From IMG/VR virus record IMGVR_UViG_3300032007_000013: 64,000 nt of DNA; one strand, written 5' to 3'. The number at the start of each line of letters is the position of its first letter. Within the stretch, counting starts at the first letter, position 1. The translations under genes and the position numbers were made by a program. This document shows positions 39,027-48,684 of the stretch, in pieces. Below the pieces are notes generated by a model that saw only the letters and a list, made by a program, of their open reading frames with translations, did not search any database and was not told where the DNA came from. Source of the DNA: a virus (Duplodnaviria; Heunggongvirae; Uroviricota; Caudoviricetes).

Positions 39027-40007
39027 ATGGAACAAAATAAATATACATATATGACTTTATTAACAAACAATACATATGTATAGGGAGTATTGTTGTTAGA
39101 TTATACTCTAAAACAAGTAAATAGTAAATATCCATTAATTACATTGGTGACAGATGAAGTTAATGAAAGTACTTTATAGATATTAGATTATTTTAAAATA
39201 AAATGGAAAAAAGTTGAAACAATTTTGTTTCCAGAGCATATCCAAAATTTTATTGATGAGTCTCATAAAATTTATCCTTTTAATCCATTGTGGCATAATA
39301 TTATTACAAAATTTTAGATTTTTAATCAAATAGAATATGATAAAATTATTTATTTAGATTGCGATATTATGATATTAAAAAATATAGATCATTTGTTCGC
39401 TAAACCACATATGTCAGCTTCAATTAATTTTAATTATTATATGAAGCTTAGAAAAAAAACTTTTAAAAATTGGGATAATAAAGAAATACAAATTACATCT
39501 AGTTATGCTTTATTTAAAGAAGAATTAGATACTAAAACAGAACATTTTAGTGGAGGCTTTTTAGTAATTAAGCCATCAAAAGAACTTTTTAATAATCTAA
39601 TAAATTTTATGATTAACTTAGATCTTTCTCAATTACCAGAATATGTGCTAACAATTCATGAAGAAGTCATTCTAAATTTATATTATTCAAATTGGCAACA
39701 ATAGGATGAATTACATTTAAATGAATATTATAATGTTCTTTATTTTGCAAATTTGAAAATGGGTATGATAACAAAAGATTTAGAAGATAATGCTTATTTT
39801 ATTCATTTTTATGGTTCAATAAAACCTTGGGATGTAAATAATAAATTATTCAAAAATAAAGTAAATATAAATAAAAGTTATTTTGTTTCTGCTCCTTTAT
39901 ATTATAAAGCCGCTGATATTATTCAAAAACAACTAATGTCTTTACCATCTAATTTATTACTAAATTTTACAAGAATTTATTTAAAAGAGGTTGAAACAAA
40001 TGAATAA
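39027..40007 (+). CDS. glycosyltransferase family 8 (LgtC/glycogenin-like), 326 aa, ~7 in-frame TAG
   Basis: N-terminal YTYMTLLTNNTYVQGVLLL, DxD motif IIYLDCDIMILKN, C-terminal FIHFYGSIKPWD. Confidence 0.65.
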
Positions 40008-40917
40008 TAATATTTATATAACTTTATTAGGAAATAATAGTTACTTACAAGGTGTATTATTATTAAATTATTCTTTAAAACAAGTAAAAAGTAAATACCC
40101 TTTATTAGTTTTAGTCACTTAGAATATCAATACAGCTACGAAAGATATTTTAAGTTTTTTAGATATTCCTTATAAAGAAATACCATCAATTGATTTTACT
40201 GAATTAATTAAAATTAATCAAGAACGAAAATAGCTTTATATAAAATAGGGGAAAAAAGTTAGAGATACTTGGTCTTTTGCAGGATTAAATAAATTTCAAA
40301 TTTTTAATTAGATACAATATGATAAAATTATTTATTTAGATTGTGATATTATGGTATTAAAAAATATAGACCATTTATTTAATGAATTAAATATCTCTGT
40401 AACTAATCAACGAGAAAATTGGAATTACCCATTAGAAAATTTTAATTCTGGTTTTATAATTTTTGAGCCATCACAACAAATATATTAGGATTTATTAAAA
40501 TTAATTAAAGATAGGAATATTTTAAATAATGAATATTTTAAACAATTTTCTTATTTTGGAGATTAGATTTTATTGAATTATTATTTTAGGAATTTATAGA
40601 ATAAAATAAAAATACACTTTTTAGATAAATATTATAATATTCAACTTACACATGGGCCGCATTTCTTCCCAACTATGGAAGAAATTGAAACCTATGGATA
40701 CTTTATTCATTTTTTAGGACCAATAAAACCTTGGGATATAGGAAATAGATTATTTTCTAGTAGTTATACATTATAGGAAAAAAAACGAATTATGTACTAT
40801 AATTATTATTGGAAAGAGGCTGCTAATATTATAGAACAAATTCTATTAACTTTACCAGCAAAACTAATATTAGATTTTTCATAGGTATATTTAAAAGAGA
40901 TTAAATCTTTTAATTGA
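40000..40917 (+). CDS. glycosyltransferase family 8 paralog, 305 aa, ~9 in-frame TAG
   Basis: IYITLLGNNSYLQGVLLL, IIYLDCDIMVLKN, FIHFLGPIKPWD. Confidence 0.65.
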
Positions 40918-40942
40918 AAAAATTAAAAAAATATTATATAAT
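40915..40942 (+). promoter_or_regulatory. sigma70-like promoter TTGAAA-N16-TATAAT (family copy)
   Basis: TTGAAA 40915-40920, TATAAT 40937-40942. Confidence 0.5.
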
Positions 40943-40976
40943 ATATATGTAAAGAATAAAAAAAGGAATAAAATAT

Positions 40977-41336
40977 ATGATACTTAATAAAAATCATCCA
41001 GATTTTGAATTTAATGATGAATATTTTCTTTATCTTATTGATAACCATTATGATTTTGATGAAGAAGATATTAAAATGTTTATTGAATGTTGTGAAATTA
41101 ATCGTATTCCACGAGAACTTCGTCGCTGGACAAGATGGATTGATAGTATTTGCGAAGCCAAAGATAGATATTTTATTGTAGGCTGGGACCAAGGACTTAC
41201 GGAGTATCAAGAAAATATATATAGTGATAGTTATATTACAGAAGTAACTCCTATTGAAACAACAAAACAAATTATTGCCACTCAATGGCGAGATAAAGAA
41301 AATAATATAGTTTGCGAGACAATAAATGATGAATAA
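40977..41336 (+). CDS. hypothetical protein (119 aa)
   Basis: ORF. Confidence 0.45.
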   Translation: MILNKNHPDFEFNDEYFLYLIDNHYDFDEEDIKMFIECCEINRIPRELRRWTRWIDSICEAKDRYFIVGWDQGLTEYQENIYSDSYITEVTPIETTKQIIATQWRDKENNIVCETINDE

Positions 41337-41550
41337 TTTAGATAATGTAATTGCGGCATATGAGTGTTGGAATGGCCCATATGAAAAAGATAAATGTGAC
41401 CATTGCCCTTATGGCTATTCATATCTTGATGATAGCGGAGATGGCCGTCCTTTTTATACTTGTAAAGAAGAGAAATTGACAGATGATATGTATTCTTGGT
41501 TAAAAATATATCAATATTTAATAAAAGAAGATAAGAAAGGAAATAATTAA
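41326..41550 (+). CDS. Cys-rich small protein (74 aa)
   Basis: CWNGPYEKDKCDHCPYG... Confidence 0.4.
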   Translation: MMNNLDNVIAAYECWNGPYEKDKCDHCPYGYSYLDDSGDGRPFYTCKEEKLTDDMYSWLKIYQYLIKEDKKGNN

Positions 41551-41552
41551 TT

Positions 41553-41954
41553 ATGTCTTGTTAGTATTGTAGAATGACAAATATAGAATCATATGTAAAT
41601 TATAAAAGAAAAATTCCTACAAACTATTGTCCAGTTTGCGGCGAAAAACGTAAACTTAATTTACACATTGGCGGAATTAATTATCCAGTAACTTATTGTA
41701 ATTAGAATGATATTAAAAGTAATATTTTAAGTGAAATTAATATAAATATTCCAGAAACTTTTCCAACAATTTGTAGTAAATTAAATATTCCAGAAGAATA
41801 CCAAAATAAAATTAAAGAATTATTAATAGAAGAATTATATAAAGTTATTGACCTGTTAGATACAAAAGATGAATTTACTATGTTAGTACCAGAAAGTGAT
41901 AAATGGAGTAAATATGCTGATAGTATTATAAGATATAGATAGGAACATAAATAA
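41553..41954 (+). CDS. zinc-ribbon hypothetical protein (133 aa), 3 in-frame TAG
   Basis: CQYC...CPVCG motifs. TAA stop 41952-41954. Confidence 0.4.
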
Positions 41955-41955
41955 A

Positions 41956-42348
41956 ATGAAATATATAATTGCTGGCGGACGCGATTTTAATAATCGTAAT
42001 ATCTTATATGCTGTAATGAATACTGTTAAAAAATATGGCCCATCAGTAAATAAACCTATTACAGAAATTATAACAGGTGATGCTAGAGGGGCTGACACAT
42101 TAGGAGCCGAATGGGCTAATGTAAATGGAATTAGACTTACTCACTTCCCAGCAAAATGGGAAGTGTATGGTAAATCTGCTGGTTTTATTCGTAATGCTGA
42201 TATGGGAGAATATGCTGATATTGCTATTATTTTTTGGGATGGAGAAAGTAAAGGCACTAAACATATGATTCAAACAATGAAAAAACTTGGAAAGCCATAT
42301 AGCGTATTTAATTATAATGGAGAATTAATTGAATCTAATGGGAATTGA
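41956..42348 (+). CDS. SLOG/DprA-like Rossmann-fold protein (DUF2493-like), 130 aa
   Basis: GGRDF...ITGDARGADTLGAEWA...IIFWDGESKGTKHMIQ. Confidence 0.5.
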   Translation: MKYIIAGGRDFNNRNILYAVMNTVKKYGPSVNKPITEIITGDARGADTLGAEWANVNGIRLTHFPAKWEVYGKSAGFIRNADMGEYADIAIIFWDGESKGTKHMIQTMKKLGKPYSVFNYNGELIESNGN

Positions 42349-42628
42349 AAATTTTATTATGCCTTGCGGCTTTGCTTTTTTTGCTGGATTTTGTTTTGGA
42401 AGTTGTTTTCGTAAAGATGAATATAGTTTTACTATGTTTTTTCCAGGAGCATTTGCTCTATTAGGAGTGATTATGGAGATAATGAAATGAATAAATACGT
42501 AGAAGAAATTTTAACATATGAAGCTGTAAATAAAGAGCCATTTGATTTAGCATTAATTCCAGAAGATGTTCGTGAATATGTTATTTGGATGTTAAGAAAA
42601 GAATATATAAAAAAAATATATAAAAGGG

Positions 42629-43501
42629 ATGATACTAATGATGATTCATAACCAGAATTTTAAAAATTGGTTGATACGTGGAGATTGTCATGGCCAGTTT
42701 AATTGGATGATTAATGGTAGCCTTAATGATTACACTCCTAATGAAACCGCGATTATTATTCTAGGCGATGCCGGATTTAATTTCTATCTTAATAAAACTG
42801 AAATTAGACATAATAAAGAAATTAACGACCGCGGCTATACTTTTTATGTAGTTCGCGGAAATCATGAAGCACGTCCACAAGATTTGCCAGACATGAGTAA
42901 AGTATATGACTGTAATGTCCATGGATTTATTTATTACAATCCTAATCTTCCTAATATTCGTTATTTTAAAGATTATGGAGATTATGTAATTGGACTTTAT
43001 TACTGCTATATAATTGGCGGGGCATACTCTGTTGATAAATGGTATCGTCTCGGTAGATTAAATATGACAGAAGAGACTAATATTCCTACTAAATCTGGTT
43101 GGTTCGCAGATGAACAATTGACTAAAGAAGAAATGGCAGAAGCAGAACATGAAATTGATATGATATTAATAAAAGGGCTCCCAAAGAAATTTGATTTTAT
43201 TCTTTCTCATACCTGTCCTTATTCTTTAAGACCTACAGATATGTTCTTGTCTGGAATAGACCAATCAACAGTGGATAATAGTATGGAACTTTGGATGGAT
43301 AAAATTTATCAAAAAAATCGTGGCAAAACAATTTGGATTGCCGGTCATTATCATATTGACCGCATTGAAGCGCCTTATTTTGAATTTTATTTTAATGATA
43401 TAGAAGAATTAAATAATATCAAACAAAGATGGGATAATTATACTATAACAAAAAAATTAGATTGGTGGCTTATTAAAAATGAAAAAAATTTTGGACATTA
43501 A
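42629..43501 (+). CDS. calcineurin-like metallophosphoesterase (290 aa)
   Basis: GDCHG, GDAG, RGNHE motifs. Confidence 0.6.
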   Translation: MILMMIHNQNFKNWLIRGDCHGQFNWMINGSLNDYTPNETAIIILGDAGFNFYLNKTEIRHNKEINDRGYTFYVVRGNHEARPQDLPDMSKVYDCNVHGFIYYNPNLPNIRYFKDYGDYVIGLYYCYIIGGAYSVDKWYRLGRLNMTEETNIPTKSGWFADEQLTKEEMAEAEHEIDMILIKGLPKKFDFILSHTCPYSLRPTDMFLSGIDQSTVDNSMELWMDKIYQKNRGKTIWIAGHYHIDRIEAPYFEFYFNDIEELNNIKQRWDNYTITKKLDWWLIKNEKNFGH

Positions 43502-43593
43502 TAAATATTTACTTTATCATATTATTTAAATAAAAATGGTGGTTGGGGAAAAAATAAAACCACCATTTTTATTTAAAAAGGAGTATAATTTAA

Positions 43594-44349
43594 ATGGGAA
43601 GTAAATCAGAAGTTGTTGTTGGGAAATAGTTTGGAAATTGGACTGTATTAGAAATTGAAGTAAAAAATCCTCAAAGTAAAGCTAAAAGAGTTAGAAAAGG
43701 TGCTTTATGTAGATGTAAATGTGGGACAGAACGATATATTGAATATAGAGCACTATATGATGGGAGAACACATGATTGTGGATGCGAGACTCATAAACGA
43801 ATAGCTCAAACAAAATATAATAATAGTATTATCCCAAAAGGAACATAGTTTGGTTATTTAACTGTAATAGATGATGCTGGATTAAAAGGAAATAAACATT
43901 GCTCAAAATGCCAATGTCAGTGTGGGAATATAATAATAGTAACTAATACTCATTTAAAAATGGGTCATACTAAATCTTGTGGCTGTATGAAAATTTCAAC
44001 CGGAGCACAAAAAATTAAAGATATTCTTATTAGTAATAATATTCACTTTATTACAGAATATACTTTTAGTGATTTAAAATCAAATAAAGGTGGCACTTAT
44101 CGTTTTGATTTTGCTATTTTTAAAGATGAAAAATTATTAGAATTAATTGAATTTGATGGGGCTCAACATTTTTCTTCTCAAAAAGGATATTATGAAGGAG
44201 AATTAGAAAATATACAATACAGAGATAATATAAAAAATGATTATTGTTAGAAACATAATATTAAGTTAATTAGAATTCCGTATTATGAAATAGAAGATAT
44301 AAATTTAAAAAAACTAGAATTAGAAAATTATTTTGATGAAAAAATATAA
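43594..44349 (+). CDS. zinc-ribbon-repeat / DUF559-like endonuclease family protein (251 aa), ~5 in-frame TAG
   Basis: GKQFGNWTVL...CRCKCG...DCGC; GTQFGYLTVI...CQCQCGN...SCGC; YRFDFAIFKDEKLLELIEFDGAQHF...LIRIPY. Confidence 0.65.
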
Positions 44350-44392
44350 AAGCGAGGTAATTATTTTACCTCGCTTTTATATTTTTTATTTG
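44350..44392 (+). terminator. rho-independent terminator
   Basis: AAAGCGAGGTAATTATTTTACCTCGCTTTT followed by a T-run. Confidence 0.7.
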
Positions 44393-44508
44393 AAAATTTT
44401 AAAAAAATATAATAAAATATATATAGAAAATAAAGAAAAAGAGTAAAAAAATAAATATTGGAGTTGATAACTTATAAAAAATATATATTTTGAGGAGCGT
44501 GCACAATT

Positions 44509-44691
44509 ATGTTTGGAATGATTTTATCAGTTTTTATTGCTTTCTTTTTAACTTACGTAACTTTTTTTATCTTTTTTAATGATGAACGCCTTAATGACTA
44601 TGCTCGTATAGGAATTTCTTTATGTTTTTTAGGTTTCACAATTTTTTATATTATAAAATGGATGTCAACTTTTTGGAGGTAAACAAATGAC
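44509..44691 (+). CDS. small membrane protein (60 aa)
   Basis: Two TM helices. Confidence 0.4.
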
Positions 44692-45061
44692 AATTTTAAA
44701 TACTTTCCCCACTGAAATTACAACTGGGACCGCATATTATTTCACTTGGTCAATTGCTTGTTGGATTGGAGTTGTAATAGTAGCGATTATTATGGCTTTA
44801 GCGGTTATAGTTATAAAAGAAGGTCTTGAATCTGGTGAAGGATTAGTAATTTTATTAAGTATTACTCTTATTGCTTTAGCAGCAGTTATTTTATTCGTAT
44901 TAATTCTACCTCATGAGGTTACAACTACTGTTAATACATATGAAGTTGTAATGGATGAAACAGTAAGTTTTAATGAAATTATAGATAAATATAATTTTAT
45001 TGAAAAGCGTGGAGATATTTATGTATTACAGGATAAACTTCCAGAAGGAGAAAATGATTAA
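44687..45061 (+). CDS. membrane protein, paralog family B member 1 (124 aa)
   Basis: Two N-terminal TM helices plus a C-terminal domain with motif ...T.NTYEVVMDETVSFNEIIDKYNFIEKRGDIYV... Confidence 0.5.
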   Translation: MTILNTFPTEITTGTAYYFTWSIACWIGVVIVAIIMALAVIVIKEGLESGEGLVILLSITLIALAAVILFVLILPHEVTTTVNTYEVVMDETVSFNEIIDKYNFIEKRGDIYVLQDKLPEGEND

Positions 45062-45466
45062 ATGGATGGTATAACAATTCTTAGTACAGGAACAAAAGTT
45101 ATGGATGTAGGTGAAAAATTTTATTTTTCTCCTAATTTCTCAAGTTTTTTAGGCTTAGCTGTTATTATTGCATTGGTAGTAGGATATTGTTTATTTATTA
45201 AATATGGAATAAAAGAAAAAGATGAAACTGTTCTTATTGGAGTAGGAGTTTGTCTTATATTTATCTTACTAGTTACGGATTTAACATTTAATCATCAAGT
45301 GACAAAAACAATTCCTGAATATAAAGTAACAATGGATAAAAATGTTAGTCTTATTGAATTTTATGATAAATATACAGTTTTAGAACAAGATGGCCTGATT
45401 TTCACTATTATAGATAAAGATTGGGAAAATAAAGATTATAATAAGGTTTTAAATAATAATGGATAA
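45062..45466 (+). CDS. membrane protein, paralog family B member 2 (134 aa)
   Basis: Same architecture: ...EYKVTMDKNVSLIEFYDKYTVLEQDGLIFTIIDKD... Confidence 0.5.
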   Translation: MDGITILSTGTKVMDVGEKFYFSPNFSSFLGLAVIIALVVGYCLFIKYGIKEKDETVLIGVGVCLIFILLVTDLTFNHQVTKTIPEYKVTMDKNVSLIEFYDKYTVLEQDGLIFTIIDKDWENKDYNKVLNNNG

Positions 45467-45854
45467 TGAACTTATTTTATTAAATACTATTGAGACGTCT
45501 GAACATGTAAAATTTGATTGGTATTTTGCTGGGAAACCTCTTTCCTGGATTGCCGTTATTGGGGCAGCTATTCTTGTTATAATTGGAATTTTATTATTAA
45601 TTAAAGCACAAGATGCTTCTTATTATGACAGAGATGGAATAATTGCTTTTGGCATTATTTGTATTCTTTTATCTGTTGGGATTATAATAATTACATTAAT
45701 CCATGAAGTAACTAAACCATATCCACAATATCAAGTAACGATTACAGAAAAAACTAATATGAAAGAATTTTATGATAAATATGATATTTTAAAACAAGAT
45801 GGCATGATTTTTACTATTAGAGATAAAGATTATAAGGAGCGAGATTATGGATAA
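45459..45854 (+). CDS. membrane protein, paralog family B member 3 (131 aa)
   Basis: ...QYQVTITEKTNMKEFYDKYDILKQDGMIFTIRDKD... Confidence 0.5.
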   Translation: MDNELILLNTIETSEHVKFDWYFAGKPLSWIAVIGAAILVIIGILLLIKAQDASYYDRDGIIAFGIICILLSVGIIIITLIHEVTKPYPQYQVTITEKTNMKEFYDKYDILKQDGMIFTIRDKDYKERDYG

Positions 45855-46215
45855 TATTCCAGGAATTAATATAATTAATCAAACCAGTGAAATGATTACT
45901 GTTTATGGAAATCCTTATCATTTCGGAAAGAGTATATTATATTTAGCAATTGTTTTAATTTTAGTTATAGGAGGTATTCTTCTCCTTGAAAAAATACCTA
46001 AATTATTTGTTCCATTAGTTTTACCAATAATAATATGCCTTGGTGGTTTTTTAACCGCCCAAGGTATTATGGCAGGTTTTCAAAAAGAAGAAAAAGAAAT
46101 AATTACTTATACTGTTACTATGGATAAAACTACTCCATATATTGATTTATTGGACTATGAATTAATCGAAATAAAAGATAATACATATATCTTTAAAACA
46201 AAAATAAATCCATAA
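45847..46215 (+). CDS. membrane protein, paralog family B member 4 (122 aa)
   Basis: ...TYTVTMDKTTPYIDLLDYELIEIKDNTYIF... Confidence 0.5.
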   Translation: MDNIPGINIINQTSEMITVYGNPYHFGKSILYLAIVLILVIGGILLLEKIPKLFVPLVLPIIICLGGFLTAQGIMAGFQKEEKEIITYTVTMDKTTPYIDLLDYELIEIKDNTYIFKTKINP

Positions 46216-46241
46216 GATATAAAATCTTGTGGATTTTTTAT

Positions 46242-46270
46242 TTGAAAATTTTAAAAAAATATTATATAAT
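46242..46270 (+). promoter_or_regulatory. sigma70-like promoter TTGAAA-N17-TATAAT (family copy)
   Basis: TTGAAA 46242-46247, TATAAT 46265-46270. Confidence 0.55.
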
Positions 46271-46323
46271 ATATATGTAAGATAAAGAAAGGAATGATTT
46301 CCTATGTGCAGGTGTTTTAATTG

Positions 46324-47160
46324 ATGGATTATACTACTAAAAAATATATTGATAATTATAGAGATTGGTTCACAAATGAAGATAGCTGGGGTTGGAAAGA
46401 TAACCTTATTATTGATGAATGGTTAAAATATAAGTCTGACTTAACTGGCGAAATTTTTTATGACAATAATGGTAATAAAATAAAAAAAGATAATAATAAA
46501 AATAATAAAAAGGAGAATAAAAATAATATGAATATGGATTTTGGTTTTGGAAAGATGTTTAATGGTATGTTTGCTCCTGTTGCTCATGGCTATGTCAAAA
46601 TGGGCATGAATGGCGAAGTGGCTATTCGAGTTGGTAATGATTATAAGACCTTTGATATTAAGAGAATGAAGCTTGTCAATTGTGATAACTTTGCTTTTGA
46701 TATGGATGGTATGTTTTGGGTTGTTCCTACCTTTAAGGTTGAATGCGGTGATATTATCATGGTAAATGGTAAGCCTCGTTGTGTAATTGAAGTTAAAGAT
46801 AAGTCTATTAGAACTTTTTCTTATGAAAATTCTACTATTGATGAAATTATTCCTGAGCATCATGTCTTTATGGGTAAGACTTATTGTTATGGTAAAATTT
46901 TCAGTCCTTTTATGAATATGGATAAGTCTGATAACATGATGTCTAATATGATGCAGATGGCTATGATGAGTCAGATGTTTGGTGGTAATACTTCTAATAA
47001 TAATGGATTTATGGGAATGAATCCTATGGCAATGATGTTTATGATGAATAATAATAACGGTGGTAATATGTTTAGTGATATGTTTGCCGGAGCTTTTAAT
47101 TTTGGAGAGGACGAAACCAAGACTGATAAACTTGGTACTGCTGTTAAGGAGGATAAGTAA
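46324..47160 (+). CDS. Met/Asn-rich hypothetical protein (278 aa)
   Basis: ORF; unusual low-complexity M/N/G-rich C-terminal half. Confidence 0.5.
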   Translation: MDYTTKKYIDNYRDWFTNEDSWGWKDNLIIDEWLKYKSDLTGEIFYDNNGNKIKKDNNKNNKKENKNNMNMDFGFGKMFNGMFAPVAHGYVKMGMNGEVAIRVGNDYKTFDIKRMKLVNCDNFAFDMDGMFWVVPTFKVECGDIIMVNGKPRCVIEVKDKSIRTFSYENSTIDEIIPEHHVFMGKTYCYGKIFSPFMNMDKSDNMMSNMMQMAMMSQMFGGNTSNNNGFMGMNPMAMMFMMNNNNGGNMFSDMFAGAFNFGEDETKTDKLGTAVKEDK

Positions 47161-47162
47161 AG

Positions 47163-48044
47163 ATGGGTGGAGGCAGTTGGACTAGTTCAGCATATGATAC
47201 TTATACTAAAAGTACACGAGGAATGAGTGCGGCAGAATATACAACTGCCCACCTTTCTACTCAGGAAGTTTTTAAAACTAATAAACTTTCAGATGTTTTA
47301 AATCCTTATAATGTTATTAGAGCTTGTCATGACAGTGAGGAACATCCTAATACTCTTCCTGTAATCCTAGCCCTTGACGTTACTGGTTCAATGGGTTCTG
47401 CGGCTCGTGCTGTTAACCAGAAGTTAAATGAAATTATGACTAAGATTTATGAGAATCCCAATATGCCCGATGTAGAATTCTGCGTAATGGGTATTGGTGA
47501 TTTGGCCTATGACGATGCTCCTATTCAAATGTCACAGTTTGAAAGTGATATTCGTATCGCAGAACAGAATGACCAGATTTATTTTGAAGCAGGTGGTGGC
47601 GGCAATCGTTATGAAAGTTATACCGCTGCTTGGTATATGGGTTCCCGCCATTGCGACCTTCATTGCTGGGGCCGCGGCAAAAAAGGAATTATCATTACTC
47701 TTGGTGATGAATTGCCTAATCCTTATCTTCCAAAGGATATGCTTAATAAAGTGACCGGAGACCATCTTCAGGCTAATATTGAGACTCCTGAACTTTATAA
47801 TGAAGTAATTGAAAAATTTAATGTATATCATATTGCCGTTAATGATAATCATAGTTCTTATAGATACTACAAAGAAGATGGCATTGATGAAAAATGGAGT
47901 AAATTACTTGGAGACCATTATAGTGTAGAAACTATTAATAGCCTTCCTTTGAGAATCACTCAAATTATTGAAGAAAATATTGAGGGCAATACAGAAGATA
48001 CCTCTAGTATTGTTCTTGATGAAAATAATGCTGTAAAGTGGTAA
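47163..48044 (+). CDS. vWA-domain protein (293 aa)
   Basis: MIDAS motif LALDVTGSMGS, then the rest of a vWA fold. Confidence 0.6.
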   Translation: MGGGSWTSSAYDTYTKSTRGMSAAEYTTAHLSTQEVFKTNKLSDVLNPYNVIRACHDSEEHPNTLPVILALDVTGSMGSAARAVNQKLNEIMTKIYENPNMPDVEFCVMGIGDLAYDDAPIQMSQFESDIRIAEQNDQIYFEAGGGGNRYESYTAAWYMGSRHCDLHCWGRGKKGIIITLGDELPNPYLPKDMLNKVTGDHLQANIETPELYNEVIEKFNVYHIAVNDNHSSYRYYKEDGIDEKWSKLLGDHYSVETINSLPLRITQIIEENIEGNTEDTSSIVLDENNAVKW

Positions 48045-48048
48045 AAAT

Positions 48049-48086
48049 AAAAAATAGCGGATTTCCAAAATTTGGAAATCCGCTAT
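48049..48086. terminator. bidirectional rho-independent terminator
   Basis: AAAAATAGCGGATTTCCAAAATTTGGAAATCCGCTATTTT. Confidence 0.7.
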
Positions 48087-48090
48087 TTTC

Positions 48091-48351
48091 TTAACCATAA
48101 ACATATGGTCCCCAATCACCTGGCACCCAATATGGGTCAACTGTTGGTGTTGGAGTTTGAACTGGTATAGGGGCTGGCTAAGCCTAAAACAATAAAGGCG
48201 GCTATGTCGGTATTGGAGTTTCAACGATTACAGGAGCAAAAGTTGTCACAGGAGGGTCAATAACTGGTTCTCTAATATATATATACCAATAAGCAGCAGC
48301 TCCTACTAAAATTATAAGGATAAGAATCGCAATAACTATATTTTTAAACAT
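48091..48351 (-). CDS. small Pro-rich secreted/membrane protein (86 aa), 1 in-frame TAG
   Basis: Minus-strand ATG 48351 after GAAAGGGTG. N-terminal TM. TAA stop. Confidence 0.4.
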
Positions 48352-48423
48352 TACATTCACACCCTTTCTAACTAAATTTAAAATCTATATAATTCTTTTA
48401 ATCTTATCTACCCAATCTTTTAT

Positions 48424-48452
48424 TTGAAAATATTAAAAAAATATTATATAAT
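48424..48452 (+). promoter_or_regulatory. sigma70-like promoter TTGAAA-N17-TATAAT (family copy)
   Basis: TTGAAA 48424-48429, TATAAT 48447-48452. Confidence 0.55.
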
Positions 48453-48485
48453 ATTTATAGAAAATAAGAAAAGAGATTTATATTT

Positions 48486-48668
48486 ATGGAATGGAATGAA
48501 AAAATTAAAAAAGGCATGGAATTGATTGCCGCAGGTTGCTCCGAAGAGGGTGGATTTGCCATTTGCCGAATGGGAAAATGTCCATTTGGAGATTATTGCT
48601 GGGCAATCCAAAAAGATAAAAAAGATGGAGCAGATATTTTAGAGCCCTGGTATTGGAATAAAATTTAA
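48486..48668 (+). CDS. small Cys-containing protein (60 aa)
   Basis: ORF. Confidence 0.4.
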   Translation: MEWNEKIKKGMELIAAGCSEEGGFAICRMGKCPFGDYCWAIQKDKKDGADILEPWYWNKI

Positions 48669-48684
48669 GGGAGTTGATACAATA

